Below are positions 36,982-48,737 of a DNA stretch of 64,000 nt, piece by piece. Both the position numbers and the translations under genes were made by a program. The stretch's first letter is position 1. The number at the start of each line of letters is the position of its first letter. Below the pieces are notes generated by a model. It was given only the letters and a program-made list of their open reading frames with translations, did not search any database and was not told the origin of the DNA. This DNA comes from Escherichia coli O127:H6 str. E2348/69. Its GTDB lineage: Bacteria > Pseudomonadota > Gammaproteobacteria > Enterobacterales > Enterobacteriaceae. Location: assembly GCF_000026545.1 (NCBI RefSeq), contig NC_011601.1; one strand, written 5' to 3'.

Positions 36982-38175
36982 TTATTCTGCCACCAAATCC
37001 TGCGCACAAGCCCACGCACTCGACCACGCCCACTGGAAATTATAGCCCCCCAGCCAACCGGTGACGTCCATCACTTCGCCGATGAAGTACAGCCCAGGCA
37101 CTTTGCGCGCTTCCATCGTCCGTGAAGAGAGTTCGTTGGTGTCCACGCCGCCGAGCGTCACTTCAGCAGTACGATAGCCTTCAGTGCCGTTGGGTTGTAC
37201 GCGCCAGTCGGTCAATGTGCTAATCAGTGCCTGTTGGTCACGCACGTTGAGCTGTTTTAGCGAAACATCCGGGATTTGCCCGAGTTGCTGTAAACGTTCA
37301 ACCAACCGCTTCGGTAGATGAACCGCCAGTGTGTTTTTCAGGCTCTGATTCGGATGTGCATTACGCTGCTCATTCAGGAAGGTTTCGAGGTCCACATCCG
37401 GTAGCAGATTGATGCTGACAAATTCACCCGGTTGCCAGTAGCTGGAAATCTGCAACACCGCCGGTCCAGATAAGCCGCGGTGGGTGAAGAGTAAGTTCTC
37501 ACGGAAAACGGTACCGTTTTCAGCGGTAATCACGGAAGGCACCGCCACGCCCGCCAGCACCTGTAACTCTTCAAGCAACGGTTTATGCAGAGTGAATGGC
37601 ACCAGACCCGCACGGGTCGGCAGCACGTTGAGGCCAAATTGTTCGGCAATCTTATAACCAAACGGCGATGCGCCCAGCCCCGGCATTGACAGTCCACCGG
37701 TCGCGATGACCAGCTTTTCGCAACCGACAGTCATGCCGTTCAGTTCAAGCGTGAAGCCTGTATCATCCTTCGCCACGCTCAGCACTTCGCTACGCAATCT
37801 GAAGGCCACATTGCCCTTCTCGCACTCATCCACCAGCATGTCGACAATCTGCTGCGCGGAGTCATCGCAGAAGAGTTGCCCTAACGTTTTCTCGTGCCAG
37901 GCGATGCCGTGTTTATTGACCAGATCAATGAAATCCCACTGGGTAAAACGCGCGAGTGCAGACTTACAAAAATGCGGATTCTGGCTCAGATAAGCGCCCG
38001 GTTCGACATAAAGGTTGGTAAAGTTGCAGCGCCCACCGCCAGACATGAGGATTTTACGCCCTGGTTTTTTACCATTATCGATCAGCAGAACCCGGCGTCC
38101 TGCCTGACCTGCCAGCGCAGAACAGAACATCCCTGCCGCACCAGCGCCTATAATAATGGCATCAAACCTTTCCAC
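36982..38175 (-). CDS. yhiN: NAD(P)/FAD-dependent oxidoreductase YhiN (HI0933 family flavoprotein)
   Basis: 397 aa MERFDAIIIGAGAAGMFCSALAGQAGRRVLLID (Rossmann GxGxxG). Confidence 0.92.
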   Translation of the reverse strand: MERFDAIIIGAGAAGMFCSALAGQAGRRVLLIDNGKKPGRKILMSGGGRCNFTNLYVEPGAYLSQNPHFCKSALARFTQWDFIDLVNKHGIAWHEKTLGQLFCDDSAQQIVDMLVDECEKGNVAFRLRSEVLSVAKDDTGFTLELNGMTVGCEKLVIATGGLSMPGLGASPFGYKIAEQFGLNVLPTRAGLVPFTLHKPLLEELQVLAGVAVPSVITAENGTVFRENLLFTHRGLSGPAVLQISSYWQPGEFVSINLLPDVDLETFLNEQRNAHPNQSLKNTLAVHLPKRLVERLQQLGQIPDVSLKQLNVRDQQALISTLTDWRVQPNGTEGYRTAEVTLGGVDTNELSSRTMEARKVPGLYFIGEVMDVTGWLGGYNFQWAWSSAWACAQDLVAE

Positions 38176-38406
38176 GTTGCGCTCCTCTAAGAAAAAACGG
38201 GCGTGAATTGTAAAGATTCCTCAGTAGTCGCACCAGCATCAATATTACTAAAAGGAAGTATTTGCCTGAATTATATAAGATAATTATTTTTTGAGTGGAA
38301 TCCATACAGGAGGCAAATCAAAAAAAGTCTATATTTCACTTTGCCCGCGCCGCGAAAGTCACTGATAATGCGCCGCGTTCATGTCCTCAAAATGGCGTAA
38401 CGTCCT

Positions 38407-39906
38407 ATGCTACATTTGTTTGCTGGCCTGGATTTGCATACCGGGCTGTTATTATTGCTTGCACTGGCTTTTGTGCTGTTCTACGAAGCCATCAATGGTT
38501 TCCATGACACAGCCAACGCCGTGGCAACCGTTATCTATACCCGCGCGATGCGTTCTCAGCTCGCCGTGGTTATGGCGGCGGTATTCAACTTTTTGGGTGT
38601 TTTGCTGGGTGGTCTGAGTGTTGCCTATGCCATTGTGCATATGCTGCCGACGGATCTGCTGCTTAATATGGGATCGTCTCATGGCCTTGCCATGGTGTTC
38701 TCTATGTTGCTGGCGGCGATTATCTGGAACCTGGGTACCTGGTACTTTGGTTTACCTGCATCCAGCTCTCATACGCTGATTGGCGCGATCATCGGGATTG
38801 GTTTAACCAATGCGTTGATGACCGGGACGTCAGTGGTGGATGCACTCAATATCCCGAAAGTATTAAGTATTTTCGGTTCTCTGATCGTTTCCCCTATTGT
38901 CGGCCTGGTGTTTGCTGGCGGTCTGATTTTCTTGCTGCGTCGCTACTGGAGCGGCACCAAGAAACGCGCCCGTATCCACCTGACCCCAGCGGAGCGTGAA
39001 AAGAAAGACGGCAAGAAAAAGCCGCCGTTCTGGACGCGTATTGCGCTGATCCTTTCCGCTATCGGCGTGGCGTTTTCGCATGGCGCGAACGATGGTCAGA
39101 AAGGCATTGGTCTGGTTATGTTGGTATTGATTGGTGTCGCACCAGCAGGCTTCGTGGTGAACATGAATGCCACTGGCTACGAAATCACCCGTACCCGTGA
39201 TGCCATCAACAACGTCGAAGCTTACTTTGAGCAGCATCCTGCGCTGCTGAAACAAGCGACCGGTGCTGATCAGTTAGTACCGGCTCCGGAAGCTGGCGCA
39301 ACGCAACCCGCGGAGTTCCATTGCCATCCGTCGAATACCATTAACGCGCTCAACCGCCTGAAAGGCATGTTGACTACCGATGTGGAAAGCTACGACAAGC
39401 TGTCGCTTGATCAACGTAGCCAGATGCGCCGCATTATGCTGTGCGTTTCTGACACTATCGACAAAGTGGTGAAGATGCCTGGCGTGAGTGCTGACGATCA
39501 GCGCCTGTTGAAGAAACTGAAGTCCGACATGCTTAGCACCATCGAGTATGCGCCGGTGTGGATCATCATGGCGGTCGCGCTGGCGTTAGGTATCGGTACG
39601 ATGATTGGCTGGCGTCGTGTGGCAACGACTATCGGTGAGAAAATCGGTAAGAAAGGCATGACCTACGCTCAGGGGATGTCTGCCCAGATGACGGCGGCAG
39701 TGTCTATCGGCCTGGCAAGTTATACCGGGATGCCGGTTTCCACTACTCACGTACTCTCCTCTTCTGTCGCGGGGACGATGGTGGTAGATGGCGGCGGCTT
39801 ACAGCGTAAAACCGTAACCAGTATTCTGATGGCCTGGGTATTTACCCTTCCGGCTGCGGTACTGCTTTCCGGCGGGCTGTACTGGCTCTCCTTGCAGTTC
39901 CTGTAA
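38407..39906 (+). CDS. pitA: low-affinity inorganic phosphate transporter PitA
   Basis: 499 aa [44 protein letters not shown]... Confidence 0.96.
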
Positions 39907-39922
39907 TCGTACGCACCAAAAC

Positions 39923-39953
39923 GAGCGGGTCAGTTTACTGGCCCGCTTTTTTT
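39923..39953 (+). terminator. intrinsic terminator after pitA (also serves convergent uspB)
   Basis: gagcgggtcag ttta ctggcccgct followed by ttttttt. Confidence 0.7.
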
Positions 39954-39976
39954 ATGCGTCATTATTGCTGAAGTGC

Positions 39977-40312
39977 TTAATGCCAAATCATCAATGCAAT
40001 CAGGCTGACCACCACCAGACCACACAATGCGCTGGTCAGAATAAACTGCCGACGCACCCGCTCACAGCGGCGAATAAACTCATCATCGTGATGATCGCGA
40101 TAACGTTGGGCATAGATATACCAAACGAGACGCACCTGTTTGTTGGGTTGGCCATGTGAGGTAAAAAAGCCCCCTCCATCAACATATTGATAGAGCAATG
40201 GATCGCAGTTACGCAGTACCACTAACAACGCGCGTAGTGATGAGAAATAGCGCGCCATGTTAACAATGCAAACGACACATAAAGCCCAAAATAATGCGAC
40301 GGTGCTTATCAT
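39977..40312 (-). CDS. uspB: universal stress protein B
   Basis: 111 aa [35 protein letters not shown]... Confidence 0.94.
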
Positions 40313-40702
40313 ACCTCCTCCCCGGCGACCTGCCCGCGGAGTTCCACCCCGGGGCTACCGCTCCCGATACGCTGCCAATCAGTTAACACCAGGTCCTGGA
40401 GAAACCGCTTTTGTGGTGACCAACATCCGAGCGGCTCTATAGATAGTGTAGGAGATCAGGTTGTTTTTTTTCCAGAAGGTTAACCACTATCAATATATTC
40501 ATGTCGAAAATTTGTTTATCTAACGAGTAAGCAAGGCGGATTGACGGATCATCCGGGTCGCTATAAGGTAAGGATGGTCTTAACACTGAATCTTTACGGC
40601 TGGGTTAGCCCCGCGCACGTAGTTCGCAGGACGCGGGTGACGTAACGGCACAAGAAACGCTAGCTGGCCAGTCATCGACAACTTTATGGAAGGAGTAACA
40701 CT

Positions 40703-41137
40703 ATGGCTTATAAACACATTCTCATCGCGGTCGACCTCTCCCCGGAAAGCAAAGTTCTGGTAGAGAAAGCAGTCTCTATGGCTCGCCCCTACAATGCGAA
40801 AGTTTCTCTGATCCACGTAGATGTAAACTACTCTGACCTATACACCGGGCTTATCGATGTGAATCTGGGTGATATGCAGAAACGCATCTCTGAAGAGACA
40901 CATCATGCACTGACCGAGCTTTCAACCAATGCAGGCTACCCAATCACTGAAACCCTGAGCGGCAGCGGCGATCTGGGCCAGGTACTGGTCGATGCAATCA
41001 AGAAATACGATATGGATCTGGTGGTTTGTGGTCACCACCAGGACTTCTGGAGCAAACTGATGTCTTCCGCACGTCAGCTGATCAACACCGTTCACGTTGA
41101 TATGCTGATTGTTCCGCTGCGCGACGAAGAAGAATAA
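40703..41137 (+). CDS. uspA: universal stress protein A
   Basis: 144 aa [49 protein letters not shown]... Confidence 0.97.
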
Positions 41138-41161
41138 TCTTCCCTCCACGACGTGTTCCTG

Positions 41162-41192
41162 AACGCCCGCATATGCGGGCGTTTTGCTTTTT
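41162..41192 (+). terminator. intrinsic terminator of uspA
   Basis: aacgcccgc atat gcgggcgtt followed by ttgcttttt. Confidence 0.7.
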
Positions 41193-41195
41193 GGC

Positions 41196-41241
41196 GCGCC
41201 TTGTTACCTGATGCAGCGTAAACGCCTTATCTGGCCTGCGG
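41196..41241. repeat. REP-like palindromic unit
   Basis: gcgccttgttacctgatgcagcgtaaacgccttatctggcctgcgg. Confidence 0.6.
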
Positions 41242-41453
41242 TCTGCGTACGCAATCAAAACCCCTGCCAATACAACATTTAACACCATTATATTTTCTAT
41301 CATTAGTGTGATCAGCTGGTTATTTTCTGTTGTAATAGTGTATTAATCTATTCGCCGCATCAATATTAAGAATCTCTGACAGATGTAAACTTTTTCGCGC
41401 GTTATCCCTTACGCGTTCATACTTTTCAGGATGGTATTGGAAGGTTAATAAAT

Positions 41454-42923
41454 ATGAATACAACAACACCCATGGGGATGCTGCAGCAACCTCGCCCATT
41501 TTTCATGATCTTTTTTGTCGAGTTATGGGAGCGATTCGGCTACTACGGCGTGCAGGGCGTACTGGCGGTTTTCTTCGTTAAACAGCTTGGGTTCTCGCAA
41601 GAGCAGGCTTTTGTCACTTTTGGTGCTTTTGCTGCGCTGGTCTATGGCCTCATTTCCATTGGTGGCTATGTTGGCGACCACCTGCTGGGAACCAAACGCA
41701 CCATTGTTCTCGGAGCACTTGTGCTGGCGATTGGCTACTTCATGACCGGCCTGTCGCTACTTAAGCCTGACCTGATTTTCATCGCCCTGGGGACTATCGC
41801 TGTCGGTAACGGCCTGTTTAAAGCTAACCCAGCCAGCTTGCTTTCGAAGTGCTATCCGCCGAAAGATCCGCGGCTTGATGGCGCATTTACCCTGTTCTAT
41901 ATGTCGATCAACATCGGCTCGTTGATAGCGTTATCGCTGGCCCCTGTGATCGCTGATAAATTCGGCTATTCAGTCACCTACAACCTGTGCGGTGCGGGAT
42001 TAATTATCGCGCTATTGGTTTACATCGCCTGTCGCGGAATGGTGAAAGATATTGGTTCTGAACCCGACTTCTGCCCGATGAGCTTCAGTAAACTGTTGTA
42101 CGTGTTACTTGGCAGCGTGGTGATGATCTTCGTCTGTGCATGGCTGATGCACAACGTAGAAGTCGCCAATCTGGTGCTGATTGTTCTCTCCATCGTCGTC
42201 ACCATCATTTTCTTTCGTCAGGCATTCAAGCTGGATAAAACCGGGCGCAATAAAATGTTTGTCGCCTTTGTCCTGATGCTCGAAGCGGTGGTGTTTTACA
42301 TTCTCTACGCCCAGATGCCAACGTCGCTGAACTTCTTTGCCATCAACAACGTGCATCATGAAATTCTCGGCTTTTCCATCAACCCGGTCAGCTTCCAGGC
42401 GCTTAACCCGTTCTGGGTGGTACTCGCCAGCCCAATACTGGCAGGCATTTACACGCATCTGGGTAACAAAGGCAAAGATCTCTCGATGCCGATGAAGTTT
42501 ACTCTCGGCATGTTTATGTGCTCACTGGGCTTTTTGACGGCTGCAGCGGCTGGAATGTGGTTTGCGGATGCCCAGGGGCTGACATCGCCATGGTTTATCG
42601 TGCTGGTGTACTTATTCCAGAGCTTAGGTGAACTGTTTATTAGCGCCCTTGGCCTGGCGATGATTGCTGCCCTGGTGCCGCAGCATTTGATGGGCTTTAT
42701 TCTCGGGATGTGGTTCCTGACGCAGGCTGCCGCGTTCTTGCTGGGCGGCTATGTGGCAACATTTACCGCAGTACCAGACAACATTACCGATCCACTTGAG
42801 ACGTTGCCCGTCTATACCAACGTGTTTGGTAAGATTGGCCTGGTTACGCTGGGCGTTGCGGTGGTGATGCTGCTGATGGTGCCGTGGCTGAAACGAATGA
42901 TTGCGACGCCCGAAAGCCATTAA
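41454..42923 (+). CDS. dtpB: dipeptide/tripeptide:H+ symporter DtpB (POT family)
   Basis: 489 aa [41 protein letters not shown] (POT signature ExxERFxYY). Confidence 0.95.
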   Translation: MNTTTPMGMLQQPRPFFMIFFVELWERFGYYGVQGVLAVFFVKQLGFSQEQAFVTFGAFAALVYGLISIGGYVGDHLLGTKRTIVLGALVLAIGYFMTGLSLLKPDLIFIALGTIAVGNGLFKANPASLLSKCYPPKDPRLDGAFTLFYMSINIGSLIALSLAPVIADKFGYSVTYNLCGAGLIIALLVYIACRGMVKDIGSEPDFCPMSFSKLLYVLLGSVVMIFVCAWLMHNVEVANLVLIVLSIVVTIIFFRQAFKLDKTGRNKMFVAFVLMLEAVVFYILYAQMPTSLNFFAINNVHHEILGFSINPVSFQALNPFWVVLASPILAGIYTHLGNKGKDLSMPMKFTLGMFMCSLGFLTAAAAGMWFADAQGLTSPWFIVLVYLFQSLGELFISALGLAMIAALVPQHLMGFILGMWFLTQAAAFLLGGYVATFTAVPDNITDPLETLPVYTNVFGKIGLVTLGVAVVMLLMVPWLKRMIATPESH

Positions 42924-42937
42924 TTATTCTTGCAGAA

Positions 42938-42965
42938 AGCAGGGTAGCGATAACGCTACCCTGCT
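42938..42965 (+). terminator. hairpin terminator between convergent dtpB and rsmJ
   Basis: agcagggtagcg ataa cgctaccctgct followed by ttactttt. Confidence 0.6.
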
Positions 42966-42971
42966 TTACTT

Positions 42972-43724
42972 TTACACCGGCGTTCCGGCATAAATATCAA
43001 AGCGATGCCCTTTGGTCACTACCGCGTTTGGCGTGGCGACATTCGCCAGCGGCGGCGCGTAGTTCGGGCGCTTTACCACAACGCGTTTGGTCGCCAGCAA
43101 GCGTGCAGGCTCCAGTAATCCATCGGCATCAAGATCCGGCCCCACCAGCGACTGAAACACGCGCATCTCTTTTTTCACCAGCGCGCTTTTCTGCTTATGC
43201 GGGAACATTGGGTCAAGATAAACTACCTGCGGACGCGGGGTGATATCGCTCAGCGCCGTCAGGCTGGAAGCGTGAATTAACTGCAACCGCTCCTGCAACC
43301 AGCCGCCGATTTCCGCATCCGCATAACCACGCGCCAGGCCGTCGTCGAGCAATGCGGCAACGACTGGATTACGCTCCAGCATCCGCACGCGGCAGCCGGC
43401 TGAAGCCAGCACAAAGGCATCGCGCCCCAGCCCTGCGGTGGCGTCCACCACATCCGGCAAATAATCGCCTTTAATGCCCACCGCTTTCGCCACCGCCTCT
43501 CCGCGACCACCGCCGAATTTGCGTCGGTGCGCCATCGCCCCGCCAACAAAATCAACAAAGATGCCGCCAAGTTTCGGCTCATCACGCTTGCGCAGTTCCA
43601 GATGCTCCGGCGTTAACACCAGCGCCATCAGGTTGTCTTCATCGTGTTCCAGCCCCCAGCGGGCCGCCAGAACAGATAAGGCGCCGTCTCCGGCGCCTGT
43701 TTCATCAATTAAGCAGATTTTCAC
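42972..43724 (-). CDS. rsmJ: 16S rRNA m2G1516 methyltransferase RsmJ
   Basis: 250 aa from (GTG)[23 protein letters not shown]; start chosen by homology, ORF track shows a 35-codon upstream extension overlapping prlC. Confidence 0.88.
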
Positions 43725-43731
43725 TGAATGT

Positions 43732-45774
43732 TCAGCCCTTAATGCCGTAATGCTCCAGCATCGCATCCAGCTGTGGTTCACGACCACGGAAGCGTTTGAA
43801 CAGCTCCATCGGCTCTTCTGAACCGCCACGGCTCAGAATGTTGTCGAGGAACGACTGCCCAGTTTCACGGTTGAAAATGCCCTCTTCCTCAAAACGCGAG
43901 AAGGCATCTGCTGCCAGCACATCGGCCCACAGGTAGCTGTAGTAACCTGCCGCATAACCACCGGCAAAAATGTGGCTGAAAGCATGCGGGAAACGGCCCC
44001 ATGACGGAGACGGTACTACGGCAACCAGTTTCTTGATTTCTGCCAGAGTTTCGAGGATTTTCGCCCCCTGATCCGGACGGAACTCGGCATGGAGGCGGAA
44101 ATCGAACAGGCCGAACTCCAGCTGGCGCAGAATAAACAGCGCCGCCTGGTAATTTTTCGCTGCCAGCATTTTATCCAGCAGCTCCTTCGGCAGCGGCTCG
44201 CCGGTTTCATAGTGACCGGAGATAAACGCCAGCGCCTCCGGCTCCCAGCACCAGTTTTCCATAAACTGGCTCGGCAGTTCGACCGCATCCCACGGCACCC
44301 CACTGATCCCGGAAACACCAGCGGTTTCAATGCGGGTCAGCATATGGTGCAGGCCGTGACCGAACTCGTGGAACAGGGTGATCACTTCGTCATGGGTAAA
44401 CAGCGCCGGTTTACCATTTACCGGGCGGTTGAAGTTGCAGGTCAGATACGCGACCGGTTTTTGCAGCGAACCGTCGGCTTTACGCATCTGGCCTACGCAG
44501 TCATCCATCCACGCCCCGCCGCGTTTGTTTTCACGGGCATACAGGTCGAGGTAGAAGCTGCCGCGCAGTTCGTCGTTCTCGTCATACAGCTCGAAGAAAC
44601 GTACATCCGGATGCCAGACATCAACATCTTTACGCTCTTTAGCGGTGATGCCGTAAATACGTTTCACCACTTCAAACAGGCCGTTAACCGCTTTGTTTTC
44701 CGGGAAGTACGGACGCAGTTGTTCATCGCTGATGCTGTAGAGGTGCTGTTTCTGTTTTTCGCTGTAGTAAGCGATATCCCACGGTTGTAACTCATCGACG
44801 CCAAATTCGGCTTTGGCGAAGGCGCGCAGTTGCGCCAGCTCTTTTTCGCCTTGCGGGCGCGCGCGTTTTGCCAGATCGGTTAAGAAATCCAGCACCTGCT
44901 GCGGGTTTTCTGCCATTTTAGTGGCAAGTGATTTGAAGGCGTAGTTTTCAAAGCCCAGCAGTTGCGCCAGTTCGTGACGCAGCGCGAGGATCTCTTCCAT
45001 CACCTTGCTGTTGTCCCACTTACCGGCGTTCGGACCTTGATCGGAAGCACGAGTGCTATAAGCGCGATACATCTCTTCACGCAGGGCCTGGTTGTCGCAG
45101 TAGGTCATTACCGGCAGGTAGCTTGGGATATCCAGCGTCAGCAAATAACCTTCCAGCTCTTTCGCTTCGGCCTGGGCTTTTGCCGCAGCCAGCGCGCTTT
45201 CTGGCATCCCCGCCAGCTCCGCTTCGTCGGTAACGAGTTTGGTCCAGCCCATCGTCGCATCGAGGACGTTGTTGCTGTACTGGTTGCCCAGTTCAGAAAG
45301 ACGGGTAGCAATTTCGCCGTAACGCTGCTGTTTCTCTTTCGGCAGACCGATGCCAGAGAGTTCGAAGTCGCGCAGTGCGTTATCAACCGCTTTTTTCTGC
45401 GCCGTGTTCAGCGTGGCGTAATGATCGCCATCGCGCAGGTCGCGATATGCCTTATACAGCCCTTCATGTTGCCCTACCCAGGTGCTGTATTCTGACAGCA
45501 GCGGCAGGGTTTGTTCATACGCTTCACGCAGCTCCGGGCTATTTTTCACCGAGTTCAGATGGCTGACCGGGGAGAAGATACGCCCCAGCACATCGTCCAC
45601 TTCCGCCAACGGCTGGCAGAGATTTTCCCAGGTGTACGGTGCCCCTTGCGCTACTACGCGCTCCACATTTTCGCGGCAGTCGTTCAGCGCCTTAGTCACG
45701 GCTGGAACGACATGTTCCGGGAGAATTTTAGAAAACGGAGGCAATTCAAAGGGAGTCAGTAACGGATTCGTCAT
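43732..45774 (-). CDS. prlC: oligopeptidase A (zinc metallopeptidase M3)
   Basis: 680 aa from [26 protein letters not shown]; zinc-binding HEFGHGLHH motif. Confidence 0.96.
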   Translation of the reverse strand: MTNPLLTPFELPPFSKILPEHVVPAVTKALNDCRENVERVVAQGAPYTWENLCQPLAEVDDVLGRIFSPVSHLNSVKNSPELREAYEQTLPLLSEYSTWVGQHEGLYKAYRDLRDGDHYATLNTAQKKAVDNALRDFELSGIGLPKEKQQRYGEIATRLSELGNQYSNNVLDATMGWTKLVTDEAELAGMPESALAAAKAQAEAKELEGYLLTLDIPSYLPVMTYCDNQALREEMYRAYSTRASDQGPNAGKWDNSKVMEEILALRHELAQLLGFENYAFKSLATKMAENPQQVLDFLTDLAKRARPQGEKELAQLRAFAKAEFGVDELQPWDIAYYSEKQKQHLYSISDEQLRPYFPENKAVNGLFEVVKRIYGITAKERKDVDVWHPDVRFFELYDENDELRGSFYLDLYARENKRGGAWMDDCVGQMRKADGSLQKPVAYLTCNFNRPVNGKPALFTHDEVITLFHEFGHGLHHMLTRIETAGVSGISGVPWDAVELPSQFMENWCWEPEALAFISGHYETGEPLPKELLDKMLAAKNYQAALFILRQLEFGLFDFRLHAEFRPDQGAKILETLAEIKKLVAVVPSPSWGRFPHAFSHIFAGGYAAGYYSYLWADVLAADAFSRFEEEGIFNRETGQSFLDNILSRGGSEEPMELFKRFRGREPQLDAMLEHYGIKG

Positions 45775-45839
45775 TAGCGCAGTCCTGGTTAAAGAGGTTA
45801 AGGAAGCGCTCAACAGGCGCTTTACATAATGTTTGTAGC

Positions 45840-45866
45840 ATGGGGTTAAGTGTAGTGAATTTCAAT
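45840..45866 (-). promoter_or_regulatory. sigma-32 heat-shock promoter of prlC
   Basis: On the minus strand TTGAAA-14 nt-CCCCATGCT, matching the sigma-32 consensus TTGAAA-N13-15-CCCCATnT, about 70 nt upstream of the prlC ATG. Confidence 0.55.
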
Positions 45867-45976
45867 GAGAAACGTTACGCTTTCGCGGCGGCGGCCTCTT
45901 TTCGGTATACTGTCCTGATAGGCTTTTGTGCGCCCCGAATACGGGCCGATTTTTACTTACCGGAACACCTTTACCC

Positions 45977-46819
45977 ATGCTCAGTTATCGCCACAGCTTT
46001 CACGCTGGCAACCACGCCGACGTCCTTAAACATACCGTTCAGAGCCTGATCATCGAGTCGCTGAAAGAGAAAGATAAACCGTTTCTCTATCTCGACACCC
46101 ACGCAGGGGCCGGGCGTTATCAGTTAGGCAGCGAACATGCCGAGCGTACCGGCGAATATCTTGAAGGTATCGCCCGTATCTGGCAGCAGGACGATTTGCC
46201 TGCGGAGCTGGAGGCGTACATCAATGTGGTAAAACACTTCAACCGTAGCGGGCAGTTGCGTTATTACCCCGGTTCGCCGTTGATTGCTCGCCAGCTACTG
46301 CGTGAACAGGACAGCCTGCAACTGACCGAACTGCACCCGAGCGATTACCCGTTGCTGCGTTCTGAATTTCAGAAAGACAGCCGTGCGCGCGTCGAAAAAG
46401 CCGACGGTTTCCAGCAGCTTAAGGCCAAGCTGCCGCCGGTTTCCCGCCGTGGTTTAATCCTTATCGACCCGCCGTATGAAATGAAAACCGACTATCAGGC
46501 GGTGGTCAGCGGGATAGCAGAAGGTTACAAACGTTTCGCCACTGGCACTTACGCATTGTGGTATCCAGTGGTGCTGCGCCAGCAAATTAAGCGCATGATC
46601 CACGAACTGGAAGCGACCGGCATTCGCAAAATTCTGCAAATTGAACTGGCGGTGCTGCCAGACAGCGATCGCCGTGGCATGACCGCTTCCGGCATGATTG
46701 TGATTAACCCGCCGTGGAAGCTGGAACAGCAGATGAATAACGTGCTGCCGTGGCTGCACAGCAAACTGGTTCCGGCAGGCACCGGGCACGCCACCGTAAG
46801 CTGGATCGTGCCAGAGTAA
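45977..46819 (+). CDS. rlmJ: 23S rRNA m6A2030 methyltransferase RlmJ
   Basis: 280 aa from MLSYRHSFHAGNHADVLKH; ORF track start is an upstream extension. Confidence 0.92.
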   Translation: MLSYRHSFHAGNHADVLKHTVQSLIIESLKEKDKPFLYLDTHAGAGRYQLGSEHAERTGEYLEGIARIWQQDDLPAELEAYINVVKHFNRSGQLRYYPGSPLIARQLLREQDSLQLTELHPSDYPLLRSEFQKDSRARVEKADGFQQLKAKLPPVSRRGLILIDPPYEMKTDYQAVVSGIAEGYKRFATGTYALWYPVVLRQQIKRMIHELEATGIRKILQIELAVLPDSDRRGMTASGMIVINPPWKLEQQMNNVLPWLHSKLVPAGTGHATVSWIVPE

Positions 46820-46890
46820 TTGCAGCCATTGCTGGCACCTATTACGTCTCGCGCTACAATCGCGGTAATCAACGATAAGGACAATATGTC

Positions 46891-48243
46891 ATGACTAAAC
46901 ACTATGATTACATCGCCATCGGCGGCGGCAGCGGCGGTATCGCCTCCATCAACCGCGCGGCTATGTACGGCCAGAAATGCGCACTGATTGAAGCCAAAGA
47001 GCTGGGCGGCACCTGCGTAAATGTTGGCTGTGTGCCGAAAAAAGTGATGTGGCACGCGGCGCAAATCCGTGAAGCGATCCATATGTACGGCCCGGATTAT
47101 GGTTTTGATACCACTATCAATAAATTCAACTGGGAAACGTTGATCGCCAGCCGTACCGCCTATATCGACCGTATTCATACTTCCTATGAGAACGTGCTCG
47201 GTAAAAATAACGTTGATGTAATCAAAGGCTTTGCCCGCTTCGTTGATGCCAAAACCATTGAAGTCAACGGCGAAACCATCACGGCCGATCATATTCTGAT
47301 CGCCACCGGTGGTCGTCCGAGCCACCCGGATATTCCGGGCGTGGAATACGGTATTGATTCTGATGGCTTCTTCGCCCTTCCGGCTTTGCCAGAGCGTGTA
47401 GCGGTTGTTGGCGCGGGTTACATCGCCGTTGAACTGGCGGGCGTGATTAACGGCCTCGGTGCGAAGACGCATCTGTTTGTGCGTAAACATGCGCCGCTGC
47501 GCAGCTTCGACCCGATGATCTCTGAAACGCTGGTTGAAGTGATGAACGCTGAAGGCCCACAGTTGCATACCAACGCCATCCCGAAAGCGGTAGTGAAAAA
47601 TGCCGATGGTAGCCTGACGCTGGAGCTGGAAGATGGTCGCAGTGAAACGGTGGATTGCCTGATTTGGGCGATTGGTCGCGAGCCTGCCAATGACAACATC
47701 AACCTGGAAGCTGCTGGCGTTAAAACCAACGAAAAAGGCTATATCGTCGTCGATAAATATCAAAACACCAACGTTGAAGGTATTTACGCGGTGGGCGATA
47801 ACACGGGTGCAGTGGAACTGACACCGGTGGCTGTTGCAGCAGGTCGCCGTCTCTCTGAACGCCTGTTTAATAACAAGCCGGATGAGCATCTGGATTACAG
47901 CGACATTCCGACCGTGGTCTTCAGCCATCCGCCGATTGGTACTGTTGGTTTAACGGAGCCGCAGGCGCGCGAGCAGTACGGCGACGATCAGGTGAAAGTG
48001 TATAAATCCTCTTTCACCGCGATGTATACCGCCGTCACCACTCACCGCCAGCCGTGCCGCATGAAACTGGTATGCGTTGGACCGGAAGAGAAGATTGTCG
48101 GTATTCACGGCATTGGTTTTGGTATGGACGAAATGTTGCAGGGCTTCGCGGTGGCGCTGAAGATGGGTGCAACCAAAAAAGACTTCGACAACACGGTTGC
48201 CATTCACCCGACAGCGGCAGAAGAGTTCGTGACAATGCGTTAA
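46891..48243 (+). CDS. gor: glutathione reductase
   Basis: 450 aa [51 protein letters not shown] (FAD-binding fold and redox-active CVNVGC disulfide). Confidence 0.97.
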   Translation: MTKHYDYIAIGGGSGGIASINRAAMYGQKCALIEAKELGGTCVNVGCVPKKVMWHAAQIREAIHMYGPDYGFDTTINKFNWETLIASRTAYIDRIHTSYENVLGKNNVDVIKGFARFVDAKTIEVNGETITADHILIATGGRPSHPDIPGVEYGIDSDGFFALPALPERVAVVGAGYIAVELAGVINGLGAKTHLFVRKHAPLRSFDPMISETLVEVMNAEGPQLHTNAIPKAVVKNADGSLTLELEDGRSETVDCLIWAIGREPANDNINLEAAGVKTNEKGYIVVDKYQNTNVEGIYAVGDNTGAVELTPVAVAAGRRLSERLFNNKPDEHLDYSDIPTVVFSHPPIGTVGLTEPQAREQYGDDQVKVYKSSFTAMYTAVTTHRQPCRMKLVCVGPEEKIVGIHGIGFGMDEMLQGFAVALKMGATKKDFDNTVAIHPTAAEEFVTMR

Positions 48244-48249
48244 ATGTTA

Positions 48250-48283
48250 AAGGGCTAAGAGTAGTGTGCTCTTAGCCCTTAGC
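48250..48283. terminator. bidirectional hairpin terminator between convergent gor and dinQ
   Basis: aagggctaagag tagtgtg ctcttagccctt perfect 12-bp stem. Confidence 0.6.
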
Positions 48284-48296
48284 TACGTTTCCGCTA

Positions 48297-48380
48297 TCAG
48301 TTCAGAAGCTGAAGCAGAAAGCGGATCAGTTCCAGCAGCGCAATTAACGCCCCAAGAACGATGATTGCTTTATCAATCAC
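48297..48380 (-). CDS. dinQ: type I toxin peptide DinQ (single-TM membrane peptide, SOS-inducible)
   Basis: Minus-strand GTG-initiated 27-codon ORF (M)IDKAIIVLGALIALLELIRFLLQLLN; below the 60-aa ORF-track cutoff, found by direct translation; LexA box upstream. Confidence 0.8.
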   Translation of the reverse strand: MIDKAIIVLGALIALLELIRFLLQLLN

Positions 48381-48419
48381 CCGTTTTCTCCATGCGATGG
48401 AGTGAGAATGCATCCGCTT

Positions 48420-48510
48420 ACTCATCCATTGCCTGTCACGGCGCATGTCTCATTGTTAGATGACGACTATCTCACTCCGGCCAGAGCATCAGTTAACGGC
48501 ACCACCCGTA
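48420..48510 (+). ncRNA. agrA: putative agrA antisense sRNA (approximate bounds)
   Basis: First copy of a direct repeat (ttagatgacgactatctcactccggccagagca, about 48455..48490) that lies inside the dinQ 5' leader on the opposite strand; boundaries not determinable from sequence alone. Confidence 0.3.
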
Positions 48511-48573
48511 CTTCAGACCAGGACTTTGAAAGCGTTTATGCGCATTGCCAGAGTGAAAATGTCTCAGAACCAA

Positions 48574-48589
48574 CTGGATAATCATACAG
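48574..48589 (-). promoter_or_regulatory. LexA box in dinQ promoter
   Basis: Minus strand CTGTATGATTATCCAG, close to the CTGT-N8-ACAG SOS box consensus, about 190 nt upstream of the dinQ start. Confidence 0.6.
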
Positions 48590-48619
48590 TACTTGCGGGT
48601 TATAAAACCAGCATGTCCT

Positions 48620-48737
48620 TGCAATAGTTTCAGTATGGTATTAGCATTGATGCGTTAGATGATGGCTATCTCACTCCAGCCAGAGCCACCAACTCAGGGC
48701 TGAACAGTAAAAAAACCGACGCGAAGTCGGTTTTTTT
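48620..48737 (+). ncRNA. agrB: putative agrB antisense sRNA (approximate bounds) ending at an intrinsic terminator
   Basis: Second copy of the repeat (ttagatgatggctatctcactccagccagagcca, about 48655..48690) followed by hairpin ccgac gcgaa gtcgg and ttttttt at 48709..48737. Confidence 0.4.

Noticed and set aside
43725-43829. Upstream extension of rsmJ overlapping the prlC 3' end
   Set aside because: Homology-consistent start is the GTG at 43724 giving a 250-aa product; the extension overlaps the prlC coding sequence
44089-45495. Two plus-strand ORFs (233 and 177 aa) opposite prlC
   Set aside because: Antisense to a well-supported oligopeptidase A gene; no motifs
46549-47928. 459-aa minus-strand ORF spanning rlmJ 3' end and gor
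   Set aside because: Antisense shadow of gor, whose plus-strand product has clear FAD-binding and redox-active motifs; the translation is low-complexity (C/R/H/F rich) with no recognisable domain
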